Below, in pieces: positions 56,103 through 64,000 of a stretch of DNA of 64,000 nt (the first letter of the stretch is position 1; each line of letters begins with the position of its first letter). Source of the stretch: Roseivirga sp. UBA6052 (GTDB taxonomy: Bacteria > Bacteroidota > Bacteroidia > Cytophagales > Cyclobacteriaceae); assembly GCA_002427755.1 (NCBI GenBank), contig DIYO01000007.1, forward strand, positions 6,633 through 70,632. The letters are read 5' to 3'. The notes under the pieces were generated by a model. The model had not been told where the DNA came from and searched no databases. It saw nothing but the letters and a program-made list of their open reading frames with translations. The translations under genes were made by a program, and so were the position numbers.

Positions 56103-58667
56103 TTAAGGCCTACTTACCTGACTTCCTAAAAACAAGGCATTAAAGAAGAGTTTGTTGGTACCATACCACATGCTTCTGAATGTAGGATTATCCGCAAACA
56201 TAATCACCGAACCTCTTCCAATTCCGCTTACGATTAGGGATGCGGTACCACCTAGAGAAGACAGGTTGGTTTGATTGATATAGCCAGCTAATAGTGGATT
56301 TTCTTTGTATTTAACCACCGTACTAAAAGGATTGCTACTTGGTGCCAAAAAGATGGAATGGTTTCTATAAACAGGTAAATCCCTTTGCGTATATCCAAAT
56401 GCTAAAGGATGAGTAATATCTACATCTGTCATATACATTGAACCACCAATTGCATTAGAACCTCTAAAGTCACGGGCGGTAACATAGTCCATACGTTCAG
56501 GGGTTTCTCTTTGATTTCTCTGAGCAAATTTTTCACCATTAACAAACTTGCTTCTGATAGCCCAGCTCGTGGCATTCCTTAAGGTTATGACAGTACCTCC
56601 GCTTCTCACCCATTGCTTAATTCTATTAATTGTTGCCTCGCCTAAGCTGCTATAATTTCCTGAAGGCAGTATCAGTACATTGTACTTACTCCAATCGATT
56701 CTGCCTACACTCGAGCTCATTACCTTAGTGATTGGCATACCAATCTTAGAGTCAAGCAAATACCATATCTCACCAGCTTCTAAACTGCTCACAGATCCTC
56801 CAATGAGCATCAATGCTTTTGGCATCTCTATAGTTCTGAAGTTTCCACTACCTAAATCAATACCAGATGTACTAAAGCCGGATTGAACAGAATACGCCTG
56901 CATCTGAGTCATCTCCATGGCTTCTTCAACGTAAGCATGTACCAAATCTGCATTTACTTCTTGTCGGGCAACTGGAATCATCAATGTCCCATAACTGAAT
57001 TCCTTTTCACCCACATTTGTCTCTATAGAAAATGGCTTAAATGCAGAGTTTACATAAAGCCCTTTTTGCAGCAGATAATACAGTGCTTTTGGCGCATAAT
57101 ATTCATCCCATTCTATCAAATAGGCATAATCAGACTTATCTACATTTTGATATTGAGATGTTGTAAATCCTCTTTCAAGTTTAACAGCGTCAAGATCATT
57201 CTTACCTGAATACTCTGCGTGTGGGATTCCATAACTCAATACAGCCGCCCACGAAGAGGCATCATAGAATATGCTATCGTAAAAGCTCGTAGGCTTTTCA
57301 AACATAGAGCGCACCATACGGTACTGAGACTGTCCATTTGGAACATAGAAAGCAGAACCTGCCTTAAAGGTTTTACCGTCTAGCGTAATTTCTTCTTTTA
57401 AAGCATGTGTTTCTATTCTATGTCTTAGCAAGAGATCAATGAATTCGTCATTTCTTCCGTTATCTCTTTGATCACCGAATACCCAGCCTTTTACCGGATT
57501 CGCTTTACCCTCATCAAAAGCCGTTTGGAAGAATTCTCTCTGATGCGATATCAAAGTGGGTCTTTCATTTACAGCTGCTCTAACTGTGGCAATACTAGTG
57601 GTCAGGTGATTTTTAATTGTAAAAGCGAAGGCCACCTTACCCATGCGGGAATCTTGAAGATGCCCCCTAGAACTGGCTTGTTCGAAAACCAACCCTAAGC
57701 CACCATGAATATCAGGATAGGTAGAGCCGTAACCCGGATATGAATTATCATATTGCTCTTTGGTAAAATATAGTGAGCCGATCTCATCCATGGCCTCTTT
57801 AAAGTATCCGGCAAACAGATTATTCAGTCCATCATAATTAGATCTTGGTACCACAGGATTCTCTGAACCATAAGGCTTGGTAGGCTCAAAGAAATAAGTA
57901 GAATTTGTACCCATTTCATGAAAGTCGGTAAGTACATGAGGATACCACTGATGATAAAAGTCTATTCTATTTTTGCTCTCTACATGTGCAAGCGGCAACC
58001 AATCTCTATTAAGATCGTGCCAGTAATGGTTTGTCCTTCCTCTTGGCCACATTTCATTATGCTCTGCGTCTATGGGGTCAGAAACTAAAGGATCTCCTTT
58101 TAATGAATTCGCCCATGTGCTATGTCTATCTCTTCCATCTGGATTAAAATTAGGGTCGATTAACAAAACTGCATCTTCTAGTGCTTGCTGCACTTCTGCT
58201 CCTTCTCCTGCCACATAGTAGTAAGCAGTCAATAGTGCTGCTTCAGCACCTGAAGGTTCATTACCATGAACGTTATATCCTAAGAGGACAATTGACTTTA
58301 GATCTCTTGGTACATCTGCAGGAGTAGGCGGAGTAATTGCCGCAATGTGATTCTCTCTAATCGTCTCAAGATTTACGTGATTAGCAGGAGAAGTGACCGT
58401 TAGCACGACTTGCTTTCTATGTTCATAGGTCTCACCTATTACTTGTATTGTCGCTCTTTCAGATACTTCCGCAAGCTTTTGCATATAGGCTACTATGGCA
58501 TCGTGTCGAGTATGCAATGTGCCAATAGGGTATCCTAAGAACTCTTCTGGGGTAGGAATATTTGAGTTGAACTTTTCTCCGTCCTTAAAGAAGTAGTCGT
58601 TTTGGGCAGTTGCTGTTAAGCTAATGATTAATGTAAGTAAGACGGTTAAAAGGCGGTTGATCTTCAT
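56103..58667 (-). CDS. M14 zinc carboxypeptidase family protein
   Basis: Signal peptide; VHGNE, NPDGRDR, DLNRDW, DFHEM; C-terminal GATase-like domain. Confidence 0.9.
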   Translation of the reverse strand: MKINRLLTVLLTLIISLTATAQNDYFFKDGEKFNSNIPTPEEFLGYPIGTLHTRHDAIVAYMQKLAEVSERATIQVIGETYEHRKQVVLTVTSPANHVNLETIRENHIAAITPPTPADVPRDLKSIVLLGYNVHGNEPSGAEAALLTAYYYVAGEGAEVQQALEDAVLLIDPNFNPDGRDRHSTWANSLKGDPLVSDPIDAEHNEMWPRGRTNHYWHDLNRDWLPLAHVESKNRIDFYHQWYPHVLTDFHEMGTNSTYFFEPTKPYGSENPVVPRSNYDGLNNLFAGYFKEAMDEIGSLYFTKEQYDNSYPGYGSTYPDIHGGLGLVFEQASSRGHLQDSRMGKVAFAFTIKNHLTTSIATVRAAVNERPTLISHQREFFQTAFDEGKANPVKGWVFGDQRDNGRNDEFIDLLLRHRIETHALKEEITLDGKTFKAGSAFYVPNGQSQYRMVRSMFEKPTSFYDSIFYDASSWAAVLSYGIPHAEYSGKNDLDAVKLERGFTTSQYQNVDKSDYAYLIEWDEYYAPKALYYLLQKGLYVNSAFKPFSIETNVGEKEFSYGTLMIPVARQEVNADLVHAYVEEAMEMTQMQAYSVQSGFSTSGIDLGSGNFRTIEMPKALMLIGGSVSSLEAGEIWYLLDSKIGMPITKVMSSSVGRIDWSKYNVLILPSGNYSSLGEATINRIKQWVRSGGTVITLRNATSWAIRSKFVNGEKFAQRNQRETPERMDYVTARDFRGSNAIGGSMYMTDVDITHPLAFGYTQRDLPVYRNHSIFLAPSSNPFSTVVKYKENPLLAGYINQTNLSSLGGTASLIVSGIGRGSVIMFADNPTFRSMWYGTNKLFFNALFLGSQVSRP

Positions 58668-58706
58668 GGCTAAGAGTTATCAGTTATTGGAAATCGGAAT
58701 TCTTGA

Positions 58707-59654
58707 TTAACTGTTTTCGGATTTCTGTTTAACCACCAGCGTAGCTGGCATATTTTTCACAGTTAAGTTAAACAAATCAGGTCGATGATAATGCCCAATT
58801 GGGTCGAAATCGAGTTTAGCTTGTGTAACCCGATCTAATTTGATTTCAGCGGTAAGCACACCTTCCTTATTGCATAAAGGTCCTGCCACTACTTCTCCGA
58901 GTGGGTCGATAACTACTGATCCTCCTCTACTCATCACTTCGGGCTGATTATCTAGTTCGCCTGTATCTAAAATATCTTTTGGGTACATGTCTTTTGTAAC
59001 AAACTGATTGGAAGCTAAAACATAACACCTGCCTTCCAACGCGATATGCTTCATGGTAGATTGCCAGCTTTCCCTGCTATCGGCTGTTGGTGCTAAGTAA
59101 ATTTGAACCCCCTTTTGATACATGGCCATTCTCGCCATGGGCATATAATTCTCCCAACAGATTAATCCGCCAATTTTGCCAACTTGTGTATCGAACGTGC
59201 TTAAAGTAGTACCATCATCTTCACCCCAAATAACTCTTTCCTGAGCCGTAGGCTTTATCTTTCTATGCTTCCCGATCAAATCACCTTCAGGTGAGTAATA
59301 GAAAATACTACAATAAAGTGTTCCAGAGACGGTGTCCTTTTCGTTAACTCCAATAGCTATAAATGCCTTGGCTCGTTTCGCAATTTTCCCTAATCTATCG
59401 CAAACTGAATCTCCTTCCGCAATACTGGAATCCCAATATTTTTGCCAAAGCAATCTGCCCTCTTCAGTCCTGTTGCCTACCACAGTACCAAAACTTAATC
59501 CTCTAGGGTAAGCAGAAACAAAGGCTTCGGGGAATAAAATCAATTCACTACCTCTGCATTGACTCACTAAGCTCTCCACCTTATCTAAAGTAGCCTCCAA
59601 ATCAAAGAGTACCGGAGAAGACTGAATAACTGAAGCTTTAAAAGTTATCCCCAT
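58707..59654 (-). CDS. Nitrilase (carbon-nitrogen hydrolase)
   Basis: Glu-Lys-Cys triad: FPEAF, KHRKIKPT, LICWENYMP. Confidence 0.92.
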   Translation of the reverse strand: MGITFKASVIQSSPVLFDLEATLDKVESLVSQCRGSELILFPEAFVSAYPRGLSFGTVVGNRTEEGRLLWQKYWDSSIAEGDSVCDRLGKIAKRAKAFIAIGVNEKDTVSGTLYCSIFYYSPEGDLIGKHRKIKPTAQERVIWGEDDGTTLSTFDTQVGKIGGLICWENYMPMARMAMYQKGVQIYLAPTADSRESWQSTMKHIALEGRCYVLASNQFVTKDMYPKDILDTGELDNQPEVMSRGGSVVIDPLGEVVAGPLCNKEGVLTAEIKLDRVTQAKLDFDPIGHYHRPDLFNLTVKNMPATLVVKQKSENS

Positions 59655-59657
59655 AAC

Positions 59658-60521
59658 TTAAGCGGCTCTCTTTTGTCTTTGATTCGACCAGTAAATCACA
59701 CCAAAGCCGGTTAGAAACATAAGCACTCCATAAACGGCCGGTACAATAGCTAACTCCGAATTACCTAAAAGCACAACGGCTACCGATATGCCAAGCGTAC
59801 CGTTTTGAATACCTGATTCGATTGAAATCGAAATAGCTGATTTCAAATCTAACTTGGCCAGTCGAGCCAACTGATATCCCACCACCATTGTAGCAAGATT
59901 TAAAGCCAAAGACAAAAGCCCGGCTTGTTGTAAATAAGATAGCAGGTTGTCTTTCTCTTTTACTATTATCCCCAAGATCACAATGGCCAATACGATTCCT
60001 GATGCAATTCGCACAGGTTTCTCCATTCTCAAGGCAAAAGCTGTTTTGTGATGTCTGATAAACATCCCTAATAGAATAGGAATGATAATTATGAAGGTCA
60101 CCTGCAAAATGGTCTCTACCACATTAAGTTTTATGATCTCCCCCTTACCCATGAATTGTTCCAATGAAAAATTGACAATAAAGGGAATAGTAAGGATAGT
60201 AATGAAGCTACTAAAGGCAGTGAGTGTAACCGATAAGGCTGTATTTCCTTTAGCTGTGTGTGCTATTAAATTAGAAGTGGGGCCTCCAGGACATGCGGCT
60301 AAAATCATAATACCCACAGCGACTTCGGGTCTCACATTAAATAGACTCACAATGCCAAAACCGATTAATGGTAAAAGAACTAATTGACTCAAAAGGCCAA
60401 GTAAAACTGCTTTGGGATAAATCAATACCCGTTTAAAGTCATCAGCTACAAGAGAAAGCCCCATACCGAGCATGATGATAAACAAACAGACTCCAAGTAC
60501 GATGGTTGATGATTGATCCAT
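59658..60521 (-). CDS. Bile acid:sodium symporter family transporter
   Basis: IMLGMGL, ACPGGPTSN, ESGIQNG. Confidence 0.92.
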   Translation of the reverse strand: MDQSSTIVLGVCLFIIMLGMGLSLVADDFKRVLIYPKAVLLGLLSQLVLLPLIGFGIVSLFNVRPEVAVGIMILAACPGGPTSNLIAHTAKGNTALSVTLTAFSSFITILTIPFIVNFSLEQFMGKGEIIKLNVVETILQVTFIIIIPILLGMFIRHHKTAFALRMEKPVRIASGIVLAIVILGIIVKEKDNLLSYLQQAGLLSLALNLATMVVGYQLARLAKLDLKSAISISIESGIQNGTLGISVAVVLLGNSELAIVPAVYGVLMFLTGFGVIYWSNQRQKRAA

Positions 60522-60602
60522 AAGGTTGATTTGATTCTGAATTTATGGATTTAAAAAGAAAAAGAATCCATTACATGATAAACTCCTACCTTCGCGGTAC
60601 GA

Positions 60603-61334
60603 ATGGGGGAAAAGAAATCAGTTAGAATAAATAAATACCTAAGTGAGGTAGGTTATTGCTCTCGTAGAGCCGCTGATAAGCTATTAGAAGAAGGGAGAAT
60701 TACTATCAATGATAAGGTACCTGAATTAGGGACCAAGGTGCAAGAAGGCGATATAGTAAAGGTAGATAGTAAACCTGTTACCGAACCAAAGGAAGAACAC
60801 GTCTATATAGCACTAAACAAACCTCGAGGCATAGTATGTACGACTGATACTCGAGTCGAGAAAGATAACATCATAGATTATGTCAATCACCCCAAACGCA
60901 TCTTCCCTATTGGTAGACTTGATAAGCCAAGCGAAGGTCTAATCTTGTTAACAAGCGATGGCGACATTGTGAATAAGATCCTAAGGGCGAGAAACAATCA
61001 CGAGAAAGAATATATCGTAACGGTTAATAAGCCTATCAACGACCGATTTATTTTCCGTATGGGTAATGGAGTTCCTATTCTAGATACAGTCACTAGAAAG
61101 TGTAAAGTCGAAAAACTAGGCTCTTATAAATTCAAGATCATACTTACTCAAGGGCTTAACCGACAGATCCGTAGAATGTGTGAATATCTCGGTTACGAGG
61201 TGACCCAATTGAAGAGAACGCGAATTATGAATATTGTTCTTGATTTGCCCTATGGAAAATGGAGAGACCTCACACCCAACGAGCTAAAAAAGCTACAAAG
61301 TCTTACAGACGACTCTTCGAAGACCTTCGATTAA
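60603..61334 (+). CDS. rluF: 23S rRNA pseudouridine synthase (RluF-like)
   Basis: S4 domain [13 protein letters not shown]; [10 protein letters not shown]; [12 protein letters not shown]. Confidence 0.9.
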   Translation: MGEKKSVRINKYLSEVGYCSRRAADKLLEEGRITINDKVPELGTKVQEGDIVKVDSKPVTEPKEEHVYIALNKPRGIVCTTDTRVEKDNIIDYVNHPKRIFPIGRLDKPSEGLILLTSDGDIVNKILRARNNHEKEYIVTVNKPINDRFIFRMGNGVPILDTVTRKCKVEKLGSYKFKIILTQGLNRQIRRMCEYLGYEVTQLKRTRIMNIVLDLPYGKWRDLTPNELKKLQSLTDDSSKTFD

Positions 61335-61396
61335 AAAACCTGTAGTAGGTGACTTTTGTCACATTACGCTCTCATTCAATCTTTTAGATTGAAGGC

Positions 61397-61486
61397 ATGA
61401 ATAAGAAAGCGCTTAAGCTAATCTCTGTCTGTTTGATCTGTATCGGATTAGTGACTGGAATAGTGCTTTTGATTGAAAACCTTTAA
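61397..61486 (+). CDS. Candidate 29-aa single-TM small protein
   Basis: MNKKALKLISVCLICIGLVTGIVLLIENL*; below the ORF-track cutoff. Confidence 0.4.
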   Translation: MNKKALKLISVCLICIGLVTGIVLLIENL

Positions 61487-61497
61487 CTGATTTTTTT

Positions 61498-61704
61498 ATG
61501 AAAAAGAATATGGGTAGTGCCGATAGAATCATTCGAGTGATTGTAGCTATCGTAATTGCAGCACTTTATTTTACCAACACCATAACAGGCACTTTAGGAA
61601 TAGTCTTGTTGGCATTAGGAGGCATATTTGTTTTAACAAGCTTGGTAAGCTTTTGTCCACTTTATGCACCTTTTGGACTTAGCACTTGTAAGGTGAAAGA
61701 ATAG
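61498..61704 (+). CDS. DUF2892 (YgaP-like) membrane protein
   Basis: MKKNMGSADRIIR...TSLVSFCPLYAPFGLSTC. Confidence 0.9.
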   Translation: MKKNMGSADRIIRVIVAIVIAALYFTNTITGTLGIVLLALGGIFVLTSLVSFCPLYAPFGLSTCKVKE

Positions 61705-61726
61705 AAACCATTTAGACATCCTATTG

Positions 61727-61760
61727 AAAGGCTCCGATTTTCATCGGGGCCTTTTCTTTT
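61727..61760 (+). terminator. Rho-independent terminator
   Basis: AAAGGCTCCGAT-TTTC-ATCGGGGCCTTT followed by a T-rich tail. Confidence 0.8.
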
Positions 61761-61786
61761 GTATTTTGTTCAATACTTCAACCAGA

Positions 61787-62524
61787 ATGCTATCCTTTTT
61801 AAGAAAGCTTAGAAAAGCTAAATCTAGCCGATACCTATCCTATGCCTTTGGCGAAATCTTCCTAGTAGTGATCGGAATTTTCCTTGCGGTACAAATCAAT
61901 AATTGGAATGAGTATAGAAAAAGAGAAAAAGTTGTATCTGATCTGATAAATCTATTAGAAGCCGACATAAAGGAAGACCTAGATGCTTTAAAAGCACTTG
62001 ACTCAACCTATCAAGAAATCGACATTCTAACTAATCTCATTCTGGATCAATACAAAACACTTAAACCAATCGAGCAGGCATCAAGCCAATATTTCATCAA
62101 CTTATTGCTGGAAACCAACTTTAAAAGTCAGCAAAACGCATACGATATTCTAAAGGAGTCGGGACTCTTTTCCAGTCTTGATGTAATCCTTCAAAATGAG
62201 TTAATGCACTATTATTCTACGGTAGAAGAAATTCTCGCCCGTGAAATCATCAGTAATAGCTTCATTCAGAATAAATACGAACCCATACTATTTGGACGAC
62301 ATCCTAACCTCTTGAGTAAGAGTAACCTTGCACCTCCTATTCAAGCGGTTTATTATAACGACCCCAGACCAATCGATTCTCAAGTAATCTATAAGATGTT
62401 CGAAGACAAAGAATTAGAAGTAATTATTGTGGCTAGACAATACCAGAACAATAAGCAATGGGATCAATACAAATTGGGTATTGAGGAGATTAAAAAGATT
62501 CTTCCACTATTAGAAAACTACTGA
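61787..62524 (+). CDS. DUF6090-like protein, copy 1
   Basis: MLSFLRKLRK...YAFGEIFLVVIGIFLAVQINNWNE. ATG 61787 preferred. Confidence 0.85.
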   Translation: MLSFLRKLRKAKSSRYLSYAFGEIFLVVIGIFLAVQINNWNEYRKREKVVSDLINLLEADIKEDLDALKALDSTYQEIDILTNLILDQYKTLKPIEQASSQYFINLLLETNFKSQQNAYDILKESGLFSSLDVILQNELMHYYSTVEEILAREIISNSFIQNKYEPILFGRHPNLLSKSNLAPPIQAVYYNDPRPIDSQVIYKMFEDKELEVIIVARQYQNNKQWDQYKLGIEEIKKILPLLENY

Positions 62525-63237
62525 TGCTCAACTTCCTTAGAAAATTTAGAAGAAAAGAAACGAAAAGGACTAAATATCTCAAGTATGCCTTAGGCGAAAT
62601 TCTACTCGTAGTTATCGGAATTCTTATCGCATTCAGTATCAATAACTGGAATGACCACCGTAAAGAGAGGAAAGTAGAACAAGAGATTTTAGAGCAGTTC
62701 AAAGTAGATCTAGAGTCTGATATTGAAAGTATTCAACGAGTAGATTACTGGATGCAGAAGGTCATTAAGTCTTGTAAAATCGTAGTTTCTGAACTGCGTT
62801 CAACAAGGCCTTGGCACGACTCTTTGGCTGTCCATTTCGATCTTTGGAACGATTTTGATCAGCTAGGCTTTAGTACGGTTGCCATATCAAACCTGCGCTC
62901 AAGGGGTGTAGAATTGATCAAGAACAAATCCTTAAGAAATGATCTCATCAACCACTACGATCAGACATACTTTTATGTACAAAAATCAAATGACTACTTT
63001 CGAGAAGACCATGTGCACATTACTTACAAGAAATTCCTAGAACACATTGAACCAATCAAATGGAGGGAAAGTGCAATACCAAATGACTATCAGGCTTTGA
63101 AGAAGGACAAAGAGTTCATTAATCATGTACAGTGGATTCGCAATGCTGCTGAGTTCGATTCAAAATATAATATCGAAACAATAAAAGAGAACAGGCGCAT
63201 CATTGAGCTTATAAAAGAAGAATTGAAACAGGACTAG
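62524..63237 (+). CDS. DUF6090-like protein, copy 2
   Basis: MLNFLRKFRRK...YALGEILLVVIGILIAFSINNWND; TGATG overlap with copy 1. Confidence 0.85.
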   Translation: MLNFLRKFRRKETKRTKYLKYALGEILLVVIGILIAFSINNWNDHRKERKVEQEILEQFKVDLESDIESIQRVDYWMQKVIKSCKIVVSELRSTRPWHDSLAVHFDLWNDFDQLGFSTVAISNLRSRGVELIKNKSLRNDLINHYDQTYFYVQKSNDYFREDHVHITYKKFLEHIEPIKWRESAIPNDYQALKKDKEFINHVQWIRNAAEFDSKYNIETIKENRRIIELIKEELKQD

Positions 63238-63238
63238 T

Positions 63239-63961
63239 ATGCTCAACTTCCTTAGAAAAATTAGACGCAAGAATATGAATGGCAAGTACATCAAGTATGC
63301 TATTGGAGAAATTTTCCTCGTAGTAATTGGCATTTTGATTGCCTTACAGATCAATACCTGGAGTGAGCAAAACAAGAATAAAAAAATTGTCGAAGGCTTG
63401 AAAAAATCTCTTGTTAAGGATTTAGGAAATGATATTCGGAGCATTACAGAAAACTTAGAATATATGTTGAATGACTCTGTTCGAATGTCAGTCTTGGCTC
63501 GCAGGTTATCAGCACCCGGAGCCAATTATGATACCCTAGTCAAAATCGCTAGGTATGAATTCAGCCCTTGGTATATAGGTTCTCAAGAATTCAATAACGC
63601 TACATACCAATCACTCATCAATACAGGAAGAATTGAGTTACTCGATAGAGACTTGATTCTAGAGCTGAGCAAGTTAAATGCGAAACATTTAGAATATGTG
63701 CAAGCCCAAGTAGCCAGTGATAAGATGTACCTTGAGACTTTTATCGCTTATTCTGATAAATACAGCTTCGTTGACGCAAACAATGAAATTAAAGGTAGAT
63801 TACAGGATGAACTTTGGAAGAATGTAGACCCTAAGCAACTTCTTCGAGACTTTAATGGGTTGATGGGAAAGAAACAAATCATGTTCACCAATCTAATAGG
63901 CAGACGTAGAGAAGTATTGAATCAAACTAAAAAAGTACTGGAAATGCTAAAGCCGAAGTAG
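63239..63961 (+). CDS. DUF6090-like protein, copy 3
   Basis: MLNFLRKIRRK...YAIGEIFLVVIGILIALQINTWSE. Confidence 0.85.
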   Translation: MLNFLRKIRRKNMNGKYIKYAIGEIFLVVIGILIALQINTWSEQNKNKKIVEGLKKSLVKDLGNDIRSITENLEYMLNDSVRMSVLARRLSAPGANYDTLVKIARYEFSPWYIGSQEFNNATYQSLINTGRIELLDRDLILELSKLNAKHLEYVQAQVASDKMYLETFIAYSDKYSFVDANNEIKGRLQDELWKNVDPKQLLRDFNGLMGKKQIMFTNLIGRRREVLNQTKKVLEMLKPK

Positions 63962-64000
63962 AGACTATCCTGAATCTCCTTAGATATACAGTTCTAAAAA

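Noticed and set aside
2332-63525. Many 60-137 aa ORFs overlapping larger genes (e.g. 2332, 8915, 14930, 17456, 34027, 37643, 44075, 60082, 63160)
   Set aside because: They lie antisense or out of frame within well-supported genes and carry no recognisable motifs.
61787-63961. DUF6090 array as integron cassettes
   Set aside because: The genes overlap or are 1 bp apart, leaving no room for attC sites, and there is no integrase in the window.

Overview
A 64 kb, AT-rich, gene-dense chromosomal window from a Bacteroidota bacterium. TAnnTTTG -7 promoter boxes, split transketolase, GSIII and an exonuclease-fused DnaE support this; a Cytophagales/Roseivirga-like identity is inference only. Core genes include dnaB (5' part, missed by the ORF track), transketolase, hslV, pdhC, fabH, GSIII glnA, mtaB, dnaE, trxA, pyk, ggt and rluF, mixed with hydrolases, regulators and lipoproteins. 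I saw no tRNA, rRNA, CRISPR array, transposase or integrase. Best leads: (1) a divergent locus with a secreted DUF1080-like protein, a six-unit ATTCA array at exact 10-bp phase, and a putative HTH-TM-PKD-jelly-roll one-component regulator, followed by two small tail-anchored proteins and an HTH-truncated paralog; (2) a lipoprotein that looks like an amidohydrolase beta-sandwich with the catalytic TIM barrel missing; (3) a SRAP/YedK homolog lacking all catalytic residues; (4) a probable 6S-Flavo RNA; (5) a DUF6090 tandem array with near-identical 5' ends; (6) a DnaA-box cluster upstream of dnaB. Family names come from recalled motifs, not database searches.
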